Positions 21,576 through 29,644 of a DNA stretch of 64,000 nucleotides are shown here, piece after piece. Position numbers and translations under genes: made by a program. The stretch's first letter is position 1; every line of letters begins with the position of its first letter. Source of the DNA: a virus; IMG/VR virus record IMGVR_UViG_2974594041_000001, positions 4,449 to 68,448 of that record, one strand, 5' to 3'. The notes under the pieces were generated by a model. The model ran no database searches, was not told the DNA's origin, and saw only the letters and a list, made by a program, of their open reading frames with translations.

Positions 21576-23237
21576 TCACGCTAAGTAGTTGGATAGAGGG
21601 CTGGATACAGCCACGATATCATCATCCCACATACCTCCTCCGGTGCGCGACTCCACCTCTTGCGCGGTAGGTGCGATAGGCTTCATCACGGAAAGCATCG
21701 AGATCGTGTCAATGAAGTCATCTTTCTTTGACCGGAAACCCGAACTGGATGCAAGACTCAGCTCGTTTACCATTTCCATCATGATTGCCCCGGTTTTCAT
21801 CTCTATCGGGAAGTAGATCTTATACAGCTTGAACAGTGGGATAACTGTGTTAAATCGGACCATTTTGTTGGTATTAGGGCGAATACCCGGCTTATTGCTA
21901 TTACCCTCACTGGTCAGGTTGAAATAGACATTCTTCTGCATCATCTGGTCCTGAATCCAAGGAATGAAACCAGATTGTTGACCAGACACCTCGACACCAA
22001 CACCCAAGGGGCGCCACTTCGAAACCAGGGAGAAAAGATCAGAGATGTTAGCCGACATGTCTTGCCGCTTACAGATCCCGTCTACCCAGTACCAATCCCC
22101 GTTGTAGTTGTACGCCCACACACTGATCACGCTGAAGTCAGCCGCTTGCTTCTCGGAAGTGGCAAAGTCTGTCGTGATGTAGAAGTTGAAGTGGGACTTG
22201 AACTCCATCACGTTCTTATGGCGATACCAGCCGATCTCCCCATCTTGAATCAGGCGATCTTCCTCGGACATGATGCGAAGCATCAGCTCTTGGTTGAACG
22301 TGTCGACTTTGCCTACCTTCATTGCGGTGTCGTACTTCTTTTTCACGAAGCTGTACGTAAACCGGTCAGGCCAGGCACCAACGAAGTCTTCTTCAGCACA
22401 AGGGAACTGGTTGCACACAGGGTACACGTTCACTCGCCAAGCGCCCGACTCCACCGCTTTATACAGCGGATCTTTCGCATTGAAGGGTGTACCGGACCAG
22501 ATGATCATGTTCCGCTCAGGATGCAATGCGTGGTCGACTGCCTTGTAGATTGTGTCCTCTACAGCAGCAATAACCGTCGGCGAGCGTGCATCATCGTCAG
22601 AAAGCAAGTCATCGAGCACGGCAAGACGCGGCCGCTTACCCATTTCCTTGGAACCCCGGACACCTGTCTTGGCGCCGTAACCTTTGACGATGAAGATGTT
22701 GCCGTCCAGGTTACGGAACTTCCAGCGCATATCCGTGAACTCAGTACCATTAGGGCACTCAGGAGACTTCTTCGGCATGTACTTCTGCAGGAATTCGCTT
22801 TCCTCGTAGCGGAACTCCAAGTTCTTGCGCATGTTCTTCACGCCGTTCTCCATGGAGTCCGATACGTAGAGAGCCAGCTCAATCCGGCCGAAGTTGGGCA
22901 GCCCACCGTACATTCCGATGTACAAGAACAGATATTCGCCCATCAGCGTGGTCTTTGCCGCACCACGGAAAACCATGTTGGCAAGACGGGGGAACTTGTT
23001 CAGCTCACCCTTTTCGTTGTACTCAAGGTCGTCGATGTTGTCCAACATCTTCAAGTGAAGCACGGGCGTGATGTTTTCCTCGCCCTGGCCCCCGTTCACC
23101 ATCTTGATGAAGTTCACGAACTCGAAAGCGAACTGGCTGGGCACATACATCGGATCGTCGCTGTAATCGACCGAATCCAACCACCCATCCACAGAACGTT
23201 GGACCTCGTCTACAGGAACTTCGACAATTGTCGTCAT
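21576..23237 (-). CDS. Terminase large subunit (N4 gp68-like)
   Basis: 553 aa; FRGAAKTT, LAVLDD (Walker B), nuclease TTDFATS...DDFIDT. Confidence 0.93.
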   Translation of the reverse strand: MTTIVEVPVDEVQRSVDGWLDSVDYSDDPMYVPSQFAFEFVNFIKMVNGGQGEENITPVLHLKMLDNIDDLEYNEKGELNKFPRLANMVFRGAAKTTLMGEYLFLYIGMYGGLPNFGRIELALYVSDSMENGVKNMRKNLEFRYEESEFLQKYMPKKSPECPNGTEFTDMRWKFRNLDGNIFIVKGYGAKTGVRGSKEMGKRPRLAVLDDLLSDDDARSPTVIAAVEDTIYKAVDHALHPERNMIIWSGTPFNAKDPLYKAVESGAWRVNVYPVCNQFPCAEEDFVGAWPDRFTYSFVKKKYDTAMKVGKVDTFNQELMLRIMSEEDRLIQDGEIGWYRHKNVMEFKSHFNFYITTDFATSEKQAADFSVISVWAYNYNGDWYWVDGICKRQDMSANISDLFSLVSKWRPLGVGVEVSGQQSGFIPWIQDQMMQKNVYFNLTSEGNSNKPGIRPNTNKMVRFNTVIPLFKLYKIYFPIEMKTGAIMMEMVNELSLASSSGFRSKKDDFIDTISMLSVMKPIAPTAQEVESRTGGGMWDDDIVAVSSPLSNYLA

Positions 23238-23926
23238 TGAGCAGCCTCGGCTTCAAACGGCAGGCGCAAGGCAGCCACTTCCTTGGCGTTCGCAAACCCA
23301 CTTTGGATATGGCTTCGCTGTTGGTCAGCCAAGTCCTGCATCTGCTTACGCACAGCCGCCATGGTGTCGCCCACTTCCTCGGACACGTCCAAGGTGATCT
23401 TGGTCTTCTCCGGCTGCTTGAGCTGCGTCAGCACGCTGTTAAGCGCCTCCACGCGCACCTTCTCGCTGGCAGCATTCATACCCAGGTCAAACTGCGCATT
23501 CAACGCCTGCTGGTACATATCAGCATTGCCGACCCACGCCGGGATTAAAGCCTGCTCCATGATCTTCGTCACGAGCTTCGACTTCTTGAACGCACTCACA
23601 TAGCTGCTGATATCTTTCTGGCTTACACCCCGGGCGGCAAAGTCCTGGTACTTCGCAGGAAACGTACAGATATATGCATCAATATCACTCTTATTCATCA
23701 TCTTCTGCGTGACGAACTTCACCGCAGCCAGATAACTCTCAAGCTTGAACTTCCCTTCCCGCAAGACAGACGTGTGCCCAATCATGCGCTCACGGTACGC
23801 TTCGGCCAGATCAGGGTCAGCCAACAACGCATTGACTCCATCCATCACCTCCTGGCTCACATTACCCCGGAACTGCGCAGGTAGTGCCAGTTTAAAGTCG
23901 TCCGGGCTCATTACCTCAGTAGTCAT
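23234..23926 (-). CDS. N4 gp69-like protein (putative terminase small subunit)
   Basis: 230 aa immediately upstream of TerL with ATGA overlap; 'SEKVRVEA.NS.LT.LK.PE'. Confidence 0.65.
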   Translation of the reverse strand: MTTEVMSPDDFKLALPAQFRGNVSQEVMDGVNALLADPDLAEAYRERMIGHTSVLREGKFKLESYLAAVKFVTQKMMNKSDIDAYICTFPAKYQDFAARGVSQKDISSYVSAFKKSKLVTKIMEQALIPAWVGNADMYQQALNAQFDLGMNAASEKVRVEALNSVLTQLKQPEKTKITLDVSEEVGDTMAAVRKQMQDLADQQRSHIQSGFANAKEVAALRLPFEAEAAQ

Positions 23927-24114
23927 AGCACGCTCTCCCGAACAGCTTTCACCAGTTCCTGTTCACGCTGCCGCACTAAAGCTTGCGCATCAAGATCTGC
24001 GTGTTCAGCAGAATCACGCACTGCACTGGCTTCAGCCAAGTTGAACTGCGCTGTGCATGCAGCTGTGTTGGCTTCCTGCAATTTACCGATAGCGAACTGA
24101 ATGTTCTCGTTCAT
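23923..24114 (-). CDS. Hypothetical protein
   Basis: 63 aa, coupled by ATGA overlaps. Confidence 0.6.
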   Translation of the reverse strand: MNENIQFAIGKLQEANTAACTAQFNLAEASAVRDSAEHADLDAQALVRQREQELVKAVRESVL

Positions 24115-24401
24115 ACAACCTCCGCGTAAGTCTGCTCAAAGATGTCAGGCTTGCATGGGTAGCATTCGCCTTGTACTCCTTTGATGATCCAATCCCCTAC
24201 GGACGCTGACATAGCTCCCTCTAAGGTGTAGATTTTGAGACCTTCACGGGCAACCAGGCTTTCGTAATCACCCCACTTATCAACGGCCATGCTGCTGGAT
24301 AAGTCAGGAGTTCCGTCAGTAAAGCTGATGACTTCGTGCAAGTTCTGCCCTGTCCACAGGACAGCCTCGATAACCACAGGCTTTTTCACAAACTTTTTCA
24401 T
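24111..24401 (-). CDS. Conserved phage hypothetical protein (KKPVVIEA...GDW family)
   Basis: 'MKKFVKKPVVIEAV.W', 'TLEG.M.AS.GDWIIKGV.GE.YPCKPDIF'. Confidence 0.8.
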   Translation of the reverse strand: MKKFVKKPVVIEAVLWTGQNLHEVISFTDGTPDLSSSMAVDKWGDYESLVAREGLKIYTLEGAMSASVGDWIIKGVQGECYPCKPDIFEQTYAEVV

Positions 24402-24701
24402 TTATACCTTCTCCCATACCTTTATGAAGTCTTCGTGCTCAACGTGGAAGATCATGAACTGCGCGGTCAGCCAGCCTTGATCTTTGTCACGTCTTTGCAC
24501 AACCACCCAATCTCCCGGCATAACCAGAGCCCAGGCCCCCGTAATCGTAGTAACTTCGACATTACCGTCGCTATCGAACCGCATTAGACCCAACTCTACC
24601 ATGGAACGAAACCAATGAGGTAAAGGTTCCATCGTCGAGCCCATCTGTGCCGCGATGTACTTATAGGGCTTGTCTACCCGCCGATACTGGAATTCTGTCA
24701 T
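24402..24701 (-). CDS. Hypothetical protein, likely paralog of 24111-24401
   Basis: 'YRR..KP...IAAQ', 'PGDWVV', 'EDF.K.WEKV'. Confidence 0.65.
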   Translation of the reverse strand: MTEFQYRRVDKPYKYIAAQMGSTMEPLPHWFRSMVELGLMRFDSDGNVEVTTITGAWALVMPGDWVVVQRRDKDQGWLTAQFMIFHVEHEDFIKVWEKV

Positions 24702-24764
24702 TTGTGCCGTCCGTCGATAGAATATAGTAAGCTTAACTCAAACCAACCAGTTAAAGGGTATCAG

Positions 24765-25127
24765 ATGAAAAAGAAGAAGGATTGGCTATCGATCGTACCG
24801 CCTCTGTTCACAGCTGGCCGTATCGAGATCCATACGAACAGCAAACGCCTGATCAAACATATGCGTGCAACCGGTGCCGATGTAGCTGACGATTTCTTGG
24901 ATGAGAGTGCAGGTGTGTGCGTGTATGACAGCTTGCCTGCCGTTGGGGTGATGTACATTTACGTAGGCGATGGAAGGCTGACAACCCTGGTACACGAGTG
25001 CTTCCACGGGGCAGTCAGGTACCTGGCTTACATGGGTGTGCCCCTGGAGACAGACAAGGCAAATGAGACCTATGCCTACTTCCTGGAGCACCTGGTAGGT
25101 GTGGGGCTACCACTCGTCAAAGGGTGA
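24765..25127 (+). CDS. Small HExxH protein (putative Zn-metallopeptidase-like)
   Basis: AAGGG RBS; 'TLVHECFHGA' and downstream 'NETYAY'. Confidence 0.6.
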   Translation: MKKKKDWLSIVPPLFTAGRIEIHTNSKRLIKHMRATGADVADDFLDESAGVCVYDSLPAVGVMYIYVGDGRLTTLVHECFHGAVRYLAYMGVPLETDKANETYAYFLEHLVGVGLPLVKG

Positions 25128-25270
25128 CATACCGTTCGTCGCAGTAGGCCAGAAAAATTTTATAGACTGGTCAAGTCAGGACGTCTAGGGCCGAGCCCCA
25201 ATCTGCCGACCTCCCCCCCGGGGTCTGACCTTCACTCACTTTCCTCAAAGCCTACGCCTCTGTGCCTGAC
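25128..25270. other. Candidate physical genome end / terminal-repeat boundary
   Basis: Non-coding junction between the late block and first early promoter; AAAAATTTT (25153-61) and C7G4 (25213-23); N4-like phages have direct terminal repeats at this position. Confidence 0.4.
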
Positions 25271-25271
25271 C

Positions 25272-25284
25272 GGGCCTTCGGCCC
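25272..25284 (+). promoter_or_regulatory. vRNAP-type hairpin promoter
   Basis: GGGCC-TTC-GGCCC; the template strand gives a C(GAA)G triloop hairpin like N4 early promoters. Confidence 0.6.
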
Positions 25285-25324
25285 TGCAACGGTACAATCC
25301 TGTGCCATCCATGGAGGTACAACT

Positions 25325-25414
25325 ATGTTAGTAGAACTCGCATGCATTGCTGCTTGTCTGCTTGTTGCAGGTGATATGTCACATACGGCATGGAAGCTGT
25401 GTCGTAAGCGCTAA
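25325..25414 (+). CDS. 29-aa hydrophobic peptide
   Basis: GGAGG RBS; MLVELACIAACLLVAGDMSHTAWKLCRKR. Confidence 0.5.
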   Translation: MLVELACIAACLLVAGDMSHTAWKLCRKR

Positions 25415-25425
25415 GCCTTCGGCTT
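25413..25425 (+). promoter_or_regulatory. vRNAP-type hairpin promoter
   Basis: AAGCC-TTC-GGCTT; predicted +1 is G at 25430. Confidence 0.65.
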
Positions 25426-25482
25426 TGAGGTGGATACCATCCTGGTGTCTGCCTCTCATATCCCTAGCTAGGAGTTACACCC

Positions 25483-25779
25483 ATGTTCAAGCAAATCTTC
25501 GCAATGATCGCTCAAGCTGCACTGATGCTGACCAACCTGTTCGCTGCGGGCACCAAACTGTCCAATGCTGCCGTGCATACTGCTGCTTTCGTCGAAGGTG
25601 CTGCCGAGGGCTTCAATGAAATCGCTTCCCTGGAACGCAACGAGAAACTCGAAGCTCTCCGTGGCAAGTACGACATCAACACCCGTATCCGTGCCGTTGA
25701 ATCCCAACTGGCCGCTTCCGACGCCGAGTCCAAACTCAAGCTGCTCCGCGCTGAAGCCTCCAACACTGCTGCTGCCTAA
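25483..25779 (+). CDS. N4 gp1-like early protein
   Basis: First substantial early gene; amphipathic N-terminus 'MFKQIFAM...LF.AG.KL' and a helical charged C-terminus; recalled similarity only. Confidence 0.55.
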   Translation: MFKQIFAMIAQAALMLTNLFAAGTKLSNAAVHTAAFVEGAAEGFNEIASLERNEKLEALRGKYDINTRIRAVESQLAASDAESKLKLLRAEASNTAAA

Positions 25780-25789
25780 CCAACCAATA

Positions 25790-25803
25790 GGGCCTTCGGG
25801 CCC
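25790..25803 (+). promoter_or_regulatory. Stable hairpin (promoter variant or RNA stabiliser)
   Basis: GGGCC-TTCG-GGCCC with no U tract. Confidence 0.4.
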
Positions 25804-25820
25804 ACTCTAGGAGTATATCC

Positions 25821-25955
25821 ATGTATCTCGTCAAAGAACTCTGGGCAATGTACGACACCTGGGCCAATGCTGGCATCGTATCCCCATACACCAAACGTGC
25901 AGCTCTGCGCTTGCAAGCTAAAGCGCTCATCGCTGAAGACCGTCACTCTCGCTAA
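25821..25955 (+). CDS. 44-aa hypothetical protein
   Basis: GGAGTATATCC-ATG leader; MYLVKELWAMYDTWANAG... Confidence 0.6.
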   Translation: MYLVKELWAMYDTWANAGIVSPYTKRAALRLQAKALIAEDRHSR

Positions 25956-26101
25956 CATAGGGGAGTGGCATCTCTTTTTTAAGAACACACAACAACATCA
26001 CACATCAAGAGCACACATCGGGACCGCTTTGAGACAGTAGGCTAGGAAGACACCCTTTGCTCGCCATTGGCGTGCACTTACCACTCATCGACACAGTATG
26101 T

Positions 26102-26123
26102 GAGGGAATAGGGAGGGAATAGG
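26102..26123. repeat. Tandem 11-bp direct repeat in non-coding early region
   Basis: GAGGGAATAGG x2. Confidence 0.8.
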
Positions 26124-26255
26124 AGTGAAACAGTGGTTCATGTCGGCTTAACTTGCAGGTTTCCCCTTTCCTGTATCCTATCAACACCATTCGTCATTCC
26201 TATGTGTACCTATGTCCTATCGGACCTGTTATGGTATTCATTATGAGGTGTTCCC

Positions 26256-26405
26256 ATGCATATTCGTGTAACTAATCCTGTTGGTATCGTTTGGCGGCAT
26301 GAGCTGGTTGATTGGGTCACAGCTGGTATGGTCCTGGCCATTCTTGCTGATCTGCGTAAGAAGCTGCCTGAAAATCAGTATCAGTTTTGTTGGGGTACTC
26401 CCTGA
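26256..26405 (+). CDS. 49-aa hypothetical protein
   Basis: GAGG RBS; TGATG coupling to the next gene. Confidence 0.55.
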   Translation: MHIRVTNPVGIVWRHELVDWVTAGMVLAILADLRKKLPENQYQFCWGTP

Positions 26406-26644
26406 TGGAATATATGCTGCTTGTGGATGGTAGCGTGAATGTCACGCTTGAATTGCCCAATCGTGCTGCTGTCATGTCAGCACTGATAAGTGAAGGCGGT
26501 GATGCACATTACTGGCGTGAACCTGGCGGTCGTTGGTGCTGTATCAAGAACACAGGTGTATTCAAGGGCTTGGATGATGTTGATGTAGCTATCAAGTATG
26601 TTGATGTGCCTGATGTTGTTAAACTTGCTGTTATGCTGGAGTAG
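26405..26644 (+). CDS. Small early protein, C-terminal motif family
   Basis: Ends VPDVVKLAVMLE. Confidence 0.8.
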   Translation: MEYMLLVDGSVNVTLELPNRAAVMSALISEGGDAHYWREPGGRWCCIKNTGVFKGLDDVDVAIKYVDVPDVVKLAVMLE

Positions 26645-26646
26645 TT

Positions 26647-26874
26647 ATGGAATATGTATTGTTTGATGACGGTTATATTGTAGTTGTCGAAGATACCCTG
26701 GACTACAAACAGATCCATGAAATACTGGTAACTGTTAAAGGTGCACTTGAATATTATTGGTTAGATCCCGGTAGAGGTTGGCACCGCTTAACAAGTGACA
26801 GCACTTCATCTCTGCGCGCCTATGATTCAATAGAACCACCAGAGATTATCAAACTTGTACACATGTTGGGGTAA
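26647..26874 (+). CDS. Small early protein, C-terminal motif family
   Basis: Ends PPEIIKLVHMLG. Confidence 0.8.
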   Translation: MEYVLFDDGYIVVVEDTLDYKQIHEILVTVKGALEYYWLDPGRGWHRLTSDSTSSLRAYDSIEPPEIIKLVHMLG

Positions 26875-26876
26875 TC

Positions 26877-27131
26877 ATGGAATATGTACTATTTAATGAT
26901 GGCTATGTTGTAGCCATAGATGATTCATTGGAGTATTCACAACTGCTCGCCATTCTTACAACTGTTGAGGGTGCCGTGGGGTACTACTGGAAGCCAGGGA
27001 GTGAATATCTCTGGCGGTGTATATCTCCGCTGTCTGGTGTCAACGAAACTACGGAAGCAGTAGATAGGACTAAAAATACAGTCGTAGACGAGCCACCCGA
27101 CGTTATTAAACTGGCAATCATGCTATCGTAA
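26877..27131 (+). CDS. Small early protein, C-terminal motif family
   Basis: Ends PPDVIKLAIMLS; N-terminus near-identical to the previous gene (MEYVLF.DGY). Confidence 0.8.
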   Translation: MEYVLFNDGYVVAIDDSLEYSQLLAILTTVEGAVGYYWKPGSEYLWRCISPLSGVNETTEAVDRTKNTVVDEPPDVIKLAIMLS

Positions 27132-27132
27132 T

Positions 27133-27150
27133 TCCCCTTCGGGGATAAAG
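27133..27150 (+). promoter_or_regulatory. vRNAP-type hairpin promoter
   Basis: TCCCC-TTC-GGGGA, AT-rich -4..-1 (TAAA), +1 G at 27150. Confidence 0.7.
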
Positions 27151-27184
27151 TAGGCATTTGCCATCACTTATAGGAGTTATATCC

Positions 27185-27448
27185 ATGCGTACATTGTCTC
27201 GGATTGAATGCTTTGCTGTTGGTTGCTCCAATGAGGCTGCTGTGAAGGTCAATGATGATCTGCTGTGCTATCAGTGCTCCAAGCATGAAGTGCCTACATC
27301 CCCTGAGGACATCATGGTCTGGCCTTGTGCAACTTGGTGCTACCGTGAAGAACTATCTAGCATGTCCCACATGTCTGACGATTACGAAATCTTGTGGTTC
27401 GATACCGAAGCCTACAACGAGTTCCTTGCTGTTAATGGCCTTATTTAG
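27185..27448 (+). CDS. Cys-rich hypothetical protein
   Basis: GGAGTTATATCC-ATG; CxxxxC...CxxC; acidic C-terminus. Confidence 0.7.
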   Translation: MRTLSRIECFAVGCSNEAAVKVNDDLLCYQCSKHEVPTSPEDIMVWPCATWCYREELSSMSHMSDDYEILWFDTEAYNEFLAVNGLI

Positions 27449-27459
27449 GAGTTATATCC

Positions 27460-27909
27460 ATGTTCCGCATTAATCTGTGTCAAACACTCGATGTAACTAC
27501 CGATGCGTTCACTTACAAACAGATTGGCTCTACTGGCCCAGTCTATGTTGTAGATAGCGGCGCGCACCTCTATAAAGATGGTATGTGCATTGGTAAGTTC
27601 CAACTGGGTGATGCTCAATGGCACCTGTACATTGGCGACAAACTGTATCGTTCAGGCCCTGCCAATGGACTGTTCAAGCTGCCTGAGTTTGAACTGTCTG
27701 CACTTACTGCTCTGGCTAACGGCTTGCCTGGTATTGATCCGACTCGCAGTCCTGAACAAGCACTGAAAGAAATCGCTGCTCAGCTGGTGCCCATGGGTGC
27801 AAGGGCTGGCAGTGTGTATCAAGAACTGCTGTCGCTCGGGTATCTTGTACCTGTTGAAGACTGCAAAGCTGAAGTTGATAGCTTACTTGCGGAGTTACAC
27901 CATGTTTAA
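27460..27909 (+). CDS. Hypothetical protein
   Basis: 149 aa; same leader as the previous gene. Confidence 0.75.
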   Translation: MFRINLCQTLDVTTDAFTYKQIGSTGPVYVVDSGAHLYKDGMCIGKFQLGDAQWHLYIGDKLYRSGPANGLFKLPEFELSALTALANGLPGIDPTRSPEQALKEIAAQLVPMGARAGSVYQELLSLGYLVPVEDCKAEVDSLLAELHHV

Positions 27910-28108
27910 CGATAAAGAAATGACTGCGCAGTGTGCTGTTGTCAGTGCAGAGGCTGCCCGTAAACGTAAAGCTAATCGTCTTGTTAAGGCTTATGATAAA
28001 GCATGCCGTGAGTTGGCTGCTTGTGGGCCCTGGGATATAAATATCCATTCGTGTAAGGCAGAGTACAAACGCACTCGTGCAAACCTCCTGGCCTTCATGG
28101 GGGTGTGA
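27902..28108 (+). CDS. Hypothetical protein
   Basis: GGAG RBS; 68 aa. Confidence 0.65.
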   Translation: MFNDKEMTAQCAVVSAEAARKRKANRLVKAYDKACRELAACGPWDINIHSCKAEYKRTRANLLAFMGV

Positions 28109-28109
28109 G

Positions 28110-28277
28110 TTGTTCACACCATTCTTCTGCATATTCATGTTGGTAGCTTTGGCCGTGTCGGTTGAAGCTACCCGTGAATCAGGCTTATCACTGTGGCCAC
28201 GCACTTATGTGTGCATCTACACATCTGTTGTAACAGCGTGTGCAATTGCATACGTTCTATCTAAATTGATCAAATAA
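28110..28277 (+). CDS. Small membrane protein
   Basis: Two hydrophobic segments; start uncertain (TTG). Confidence 0.45.
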   Translation: MFTPFFCIFMLVALAVSVEATRESGLSLWPRTYVCIYTSVVTACAIAYVLSKLIK

Positions 28278-28288
28278 GGAATATTCCT

Positions 28289-28426
28289 ATGCCTTCCAAC
28301 ATGAACGATTACAACACCGGTTACGAAGCTTTCATGGACTCCGAGGAGTTCGATACCAACCAGTCGCAAGATTGGCAAGACGGTTACTTGGATGCTCAAG
28401 CAGCAGATTGTGCAGGAGCCTGCTAA
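28289..28426 (+). CDS. 45-aa highly acidic protein
   Basis: MPSNMNDYNTGYEAFMDSEEFDTNQSQDWQDGYLDAQAADCAGAC; 10 D/E and no K/R; TAATG coupling. Confidence 0.65.
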   Translation: MPSNMNDYNTGYEAFMDSEEFDTNQSQDWQDGYLDAQAADCAGAC

Positions 28427-28722
28427 TGTTCTCTGCATACTTTCTTACTTGCATGCTAAGCCTGCAAGGAAACCAAGGTTGTAATGTGGCCTTCACTGAA
28501 ATGCCTGAGTGGGTAACTACCCAGGAAGAGTGTGACCGCGTTACTGAACAGATGCATGACACTGTCTTGTTTCAAGTTCAAATCGAGCACCCGAGCATGT
28601 ACCTGTTCCGTAAAGAACATGGCTGCTACGGCGGTCCCTTGTCGGCCGGCGAAATCGCACGTGATGAGCATGCCAAGCTGCTGAATGCGGGCATTGATGC
28701 ATCCCTGTCGGATATTCCATAA
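28426..28722 (+). CDS. Hypothetical protein
   Basis: 98 aa, coupled start. Confidence 0.6.
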   Translation: MFSAYFLTCMLSLQGNQGCNVAFTEMPEWVTTQEECDRVTEQMHDTVLFQVQIEHPSMYLFRKEHGCYGGPLSAGEIARDEHAKLLNAGIDASLSDIP

Positions 28723-28821
28723 CCGATATTCTAATAAATACAAAATTGCCATATTCGGCGATGAAAACCATACCGCTATGCGCTCAAAACGAGCGCTGGC
28801 GATATCCTAACTGAGGTCTGT

Positions 28822-29082
28822 ATGAGTACTGCAAAGAAGCCTGAATCGTTTGCTTCCAACTGTCTTGACAGCTTGAAGGGCACCATTGCCCGTCAGATTC
28901 GTCATCAGATCACCACCCACCGTATGAAATATCCGGTTGCTGAGCAAATCTTCGGTTTGAGTGGTGCAAGCCTGTCTCGCATCATGAATCACAAAGAAAA
29001 CTTGATTTCGTTCGAAACGCTACACAATGCAGCTGTAACTGCTGGTATGTCTGTCAGTATGGTGCTGACAGTACCTGATTAA
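28822..29082 (+). CDS. XRE-like HTH protein
   Basis: 'AEQIFGLSGASLSRIMNHK.N.ISFETL..AA...GM.V' pattern; GAGG RBS. Confidence 0.65.
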   Translation: MSTAKKPESFASNCLDSLKGTIARQIRHQITTHRMKYPVAEQIFGLSGASLSRIMNHKENLISFETLHNAAVTAGMSVSMVLTVPD

Positions 29083-29092
29083 GATCAAAAGC

Positions 29093-29103
29093 GGCCTTCG
29101 GCC
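29093..29103 (+). promoter_or_regulatory. vRNAP-type hairpin upstream of drc (or terminator)
   Basis: GGCC-TTC-GGCC, extendable with a bulge. Confidence 0.5.
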
Positions 29104-29161
29104 CTTTAAAGGCAATTGTGCCAATAAACTCATCCTTTTCCGTTATTCTGGAGTATTTCCC

Positions 29162-29494
29162 ATGGCTGTTGAACGCAAAACCACCCAAGCTGCACCTGCT
29201 ACCTCCGAGCGCAACGAGCGTACCGCTAAGAAGACCCTCGGCTTCTTCAACGTGAACATCGAAACCCGGGCCGGAGCGCCTGTGCGTCTGGAAGGTATCC
29301 GCTTCATCGAAGGCAACAAGCAGCACGAGCAACTGGCTGCTTACCTCTCGGTGACCCAGGCCAGCGACAAGGACTTCACGCCTGAACAAATCGTTGAAGA
29401 AAAGGCACGCCGCCTGGCTGTTGTCGCCACCAAGCTGACCTACAGCTTCAACGCAACCCGCACTGACGAAGAGTCGATGCTGGACCTGGTGTAA
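29162..29494 (+). CDS. drc: ssDNA-binding RNAPII cofactor, Drc-like (functional analogue of N4 gp2)
   Basis: Aligns to the LUZ7 Drc sequence as I recall it: F.N...TR.G..VRL, H.QL..(Y/F)L.V, C-terminal TR(S/T)(E/D)EE..LDL. Confidence 0.65.
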   Translation: MAVERKTTQAAPATSERNERTAKKTLGFFNVNIETRAGAPVRLEGIRFIEGNKQHEQLAAYLSVTQASDKDFTPEQIVEEKARRLAVVATKLTYSFNATRTDEESMLDLV

Positions 29495-29500
29495 TCCTTT

Positions 29501-29536
29501 GGCCATCATCCCATTGGGGTGGTGGCCTCACTTTTT
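29501..29536 (+). terminator. Terminator after drc
   Basis: 12-bp imperfect stem GGCCATCATCCC/GGGGTGGTGGCC followed by a T run. Confidence 0.7.
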
Positions 29537-29644
29537 AAAGGCATAAACCAGTGATAAAAAGCATTGGCAGTATCGCTTGGCGAATCCTCGCCGCAATCCT
29601 CGTATTCACCTATCTCGCACTACAATTCATCTAGGAGATTCAAA

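Noticed and set aside
21975-23240. 421-aa + strand ORF
   Set aside because: Antisense shadow of the terminase large subunit.
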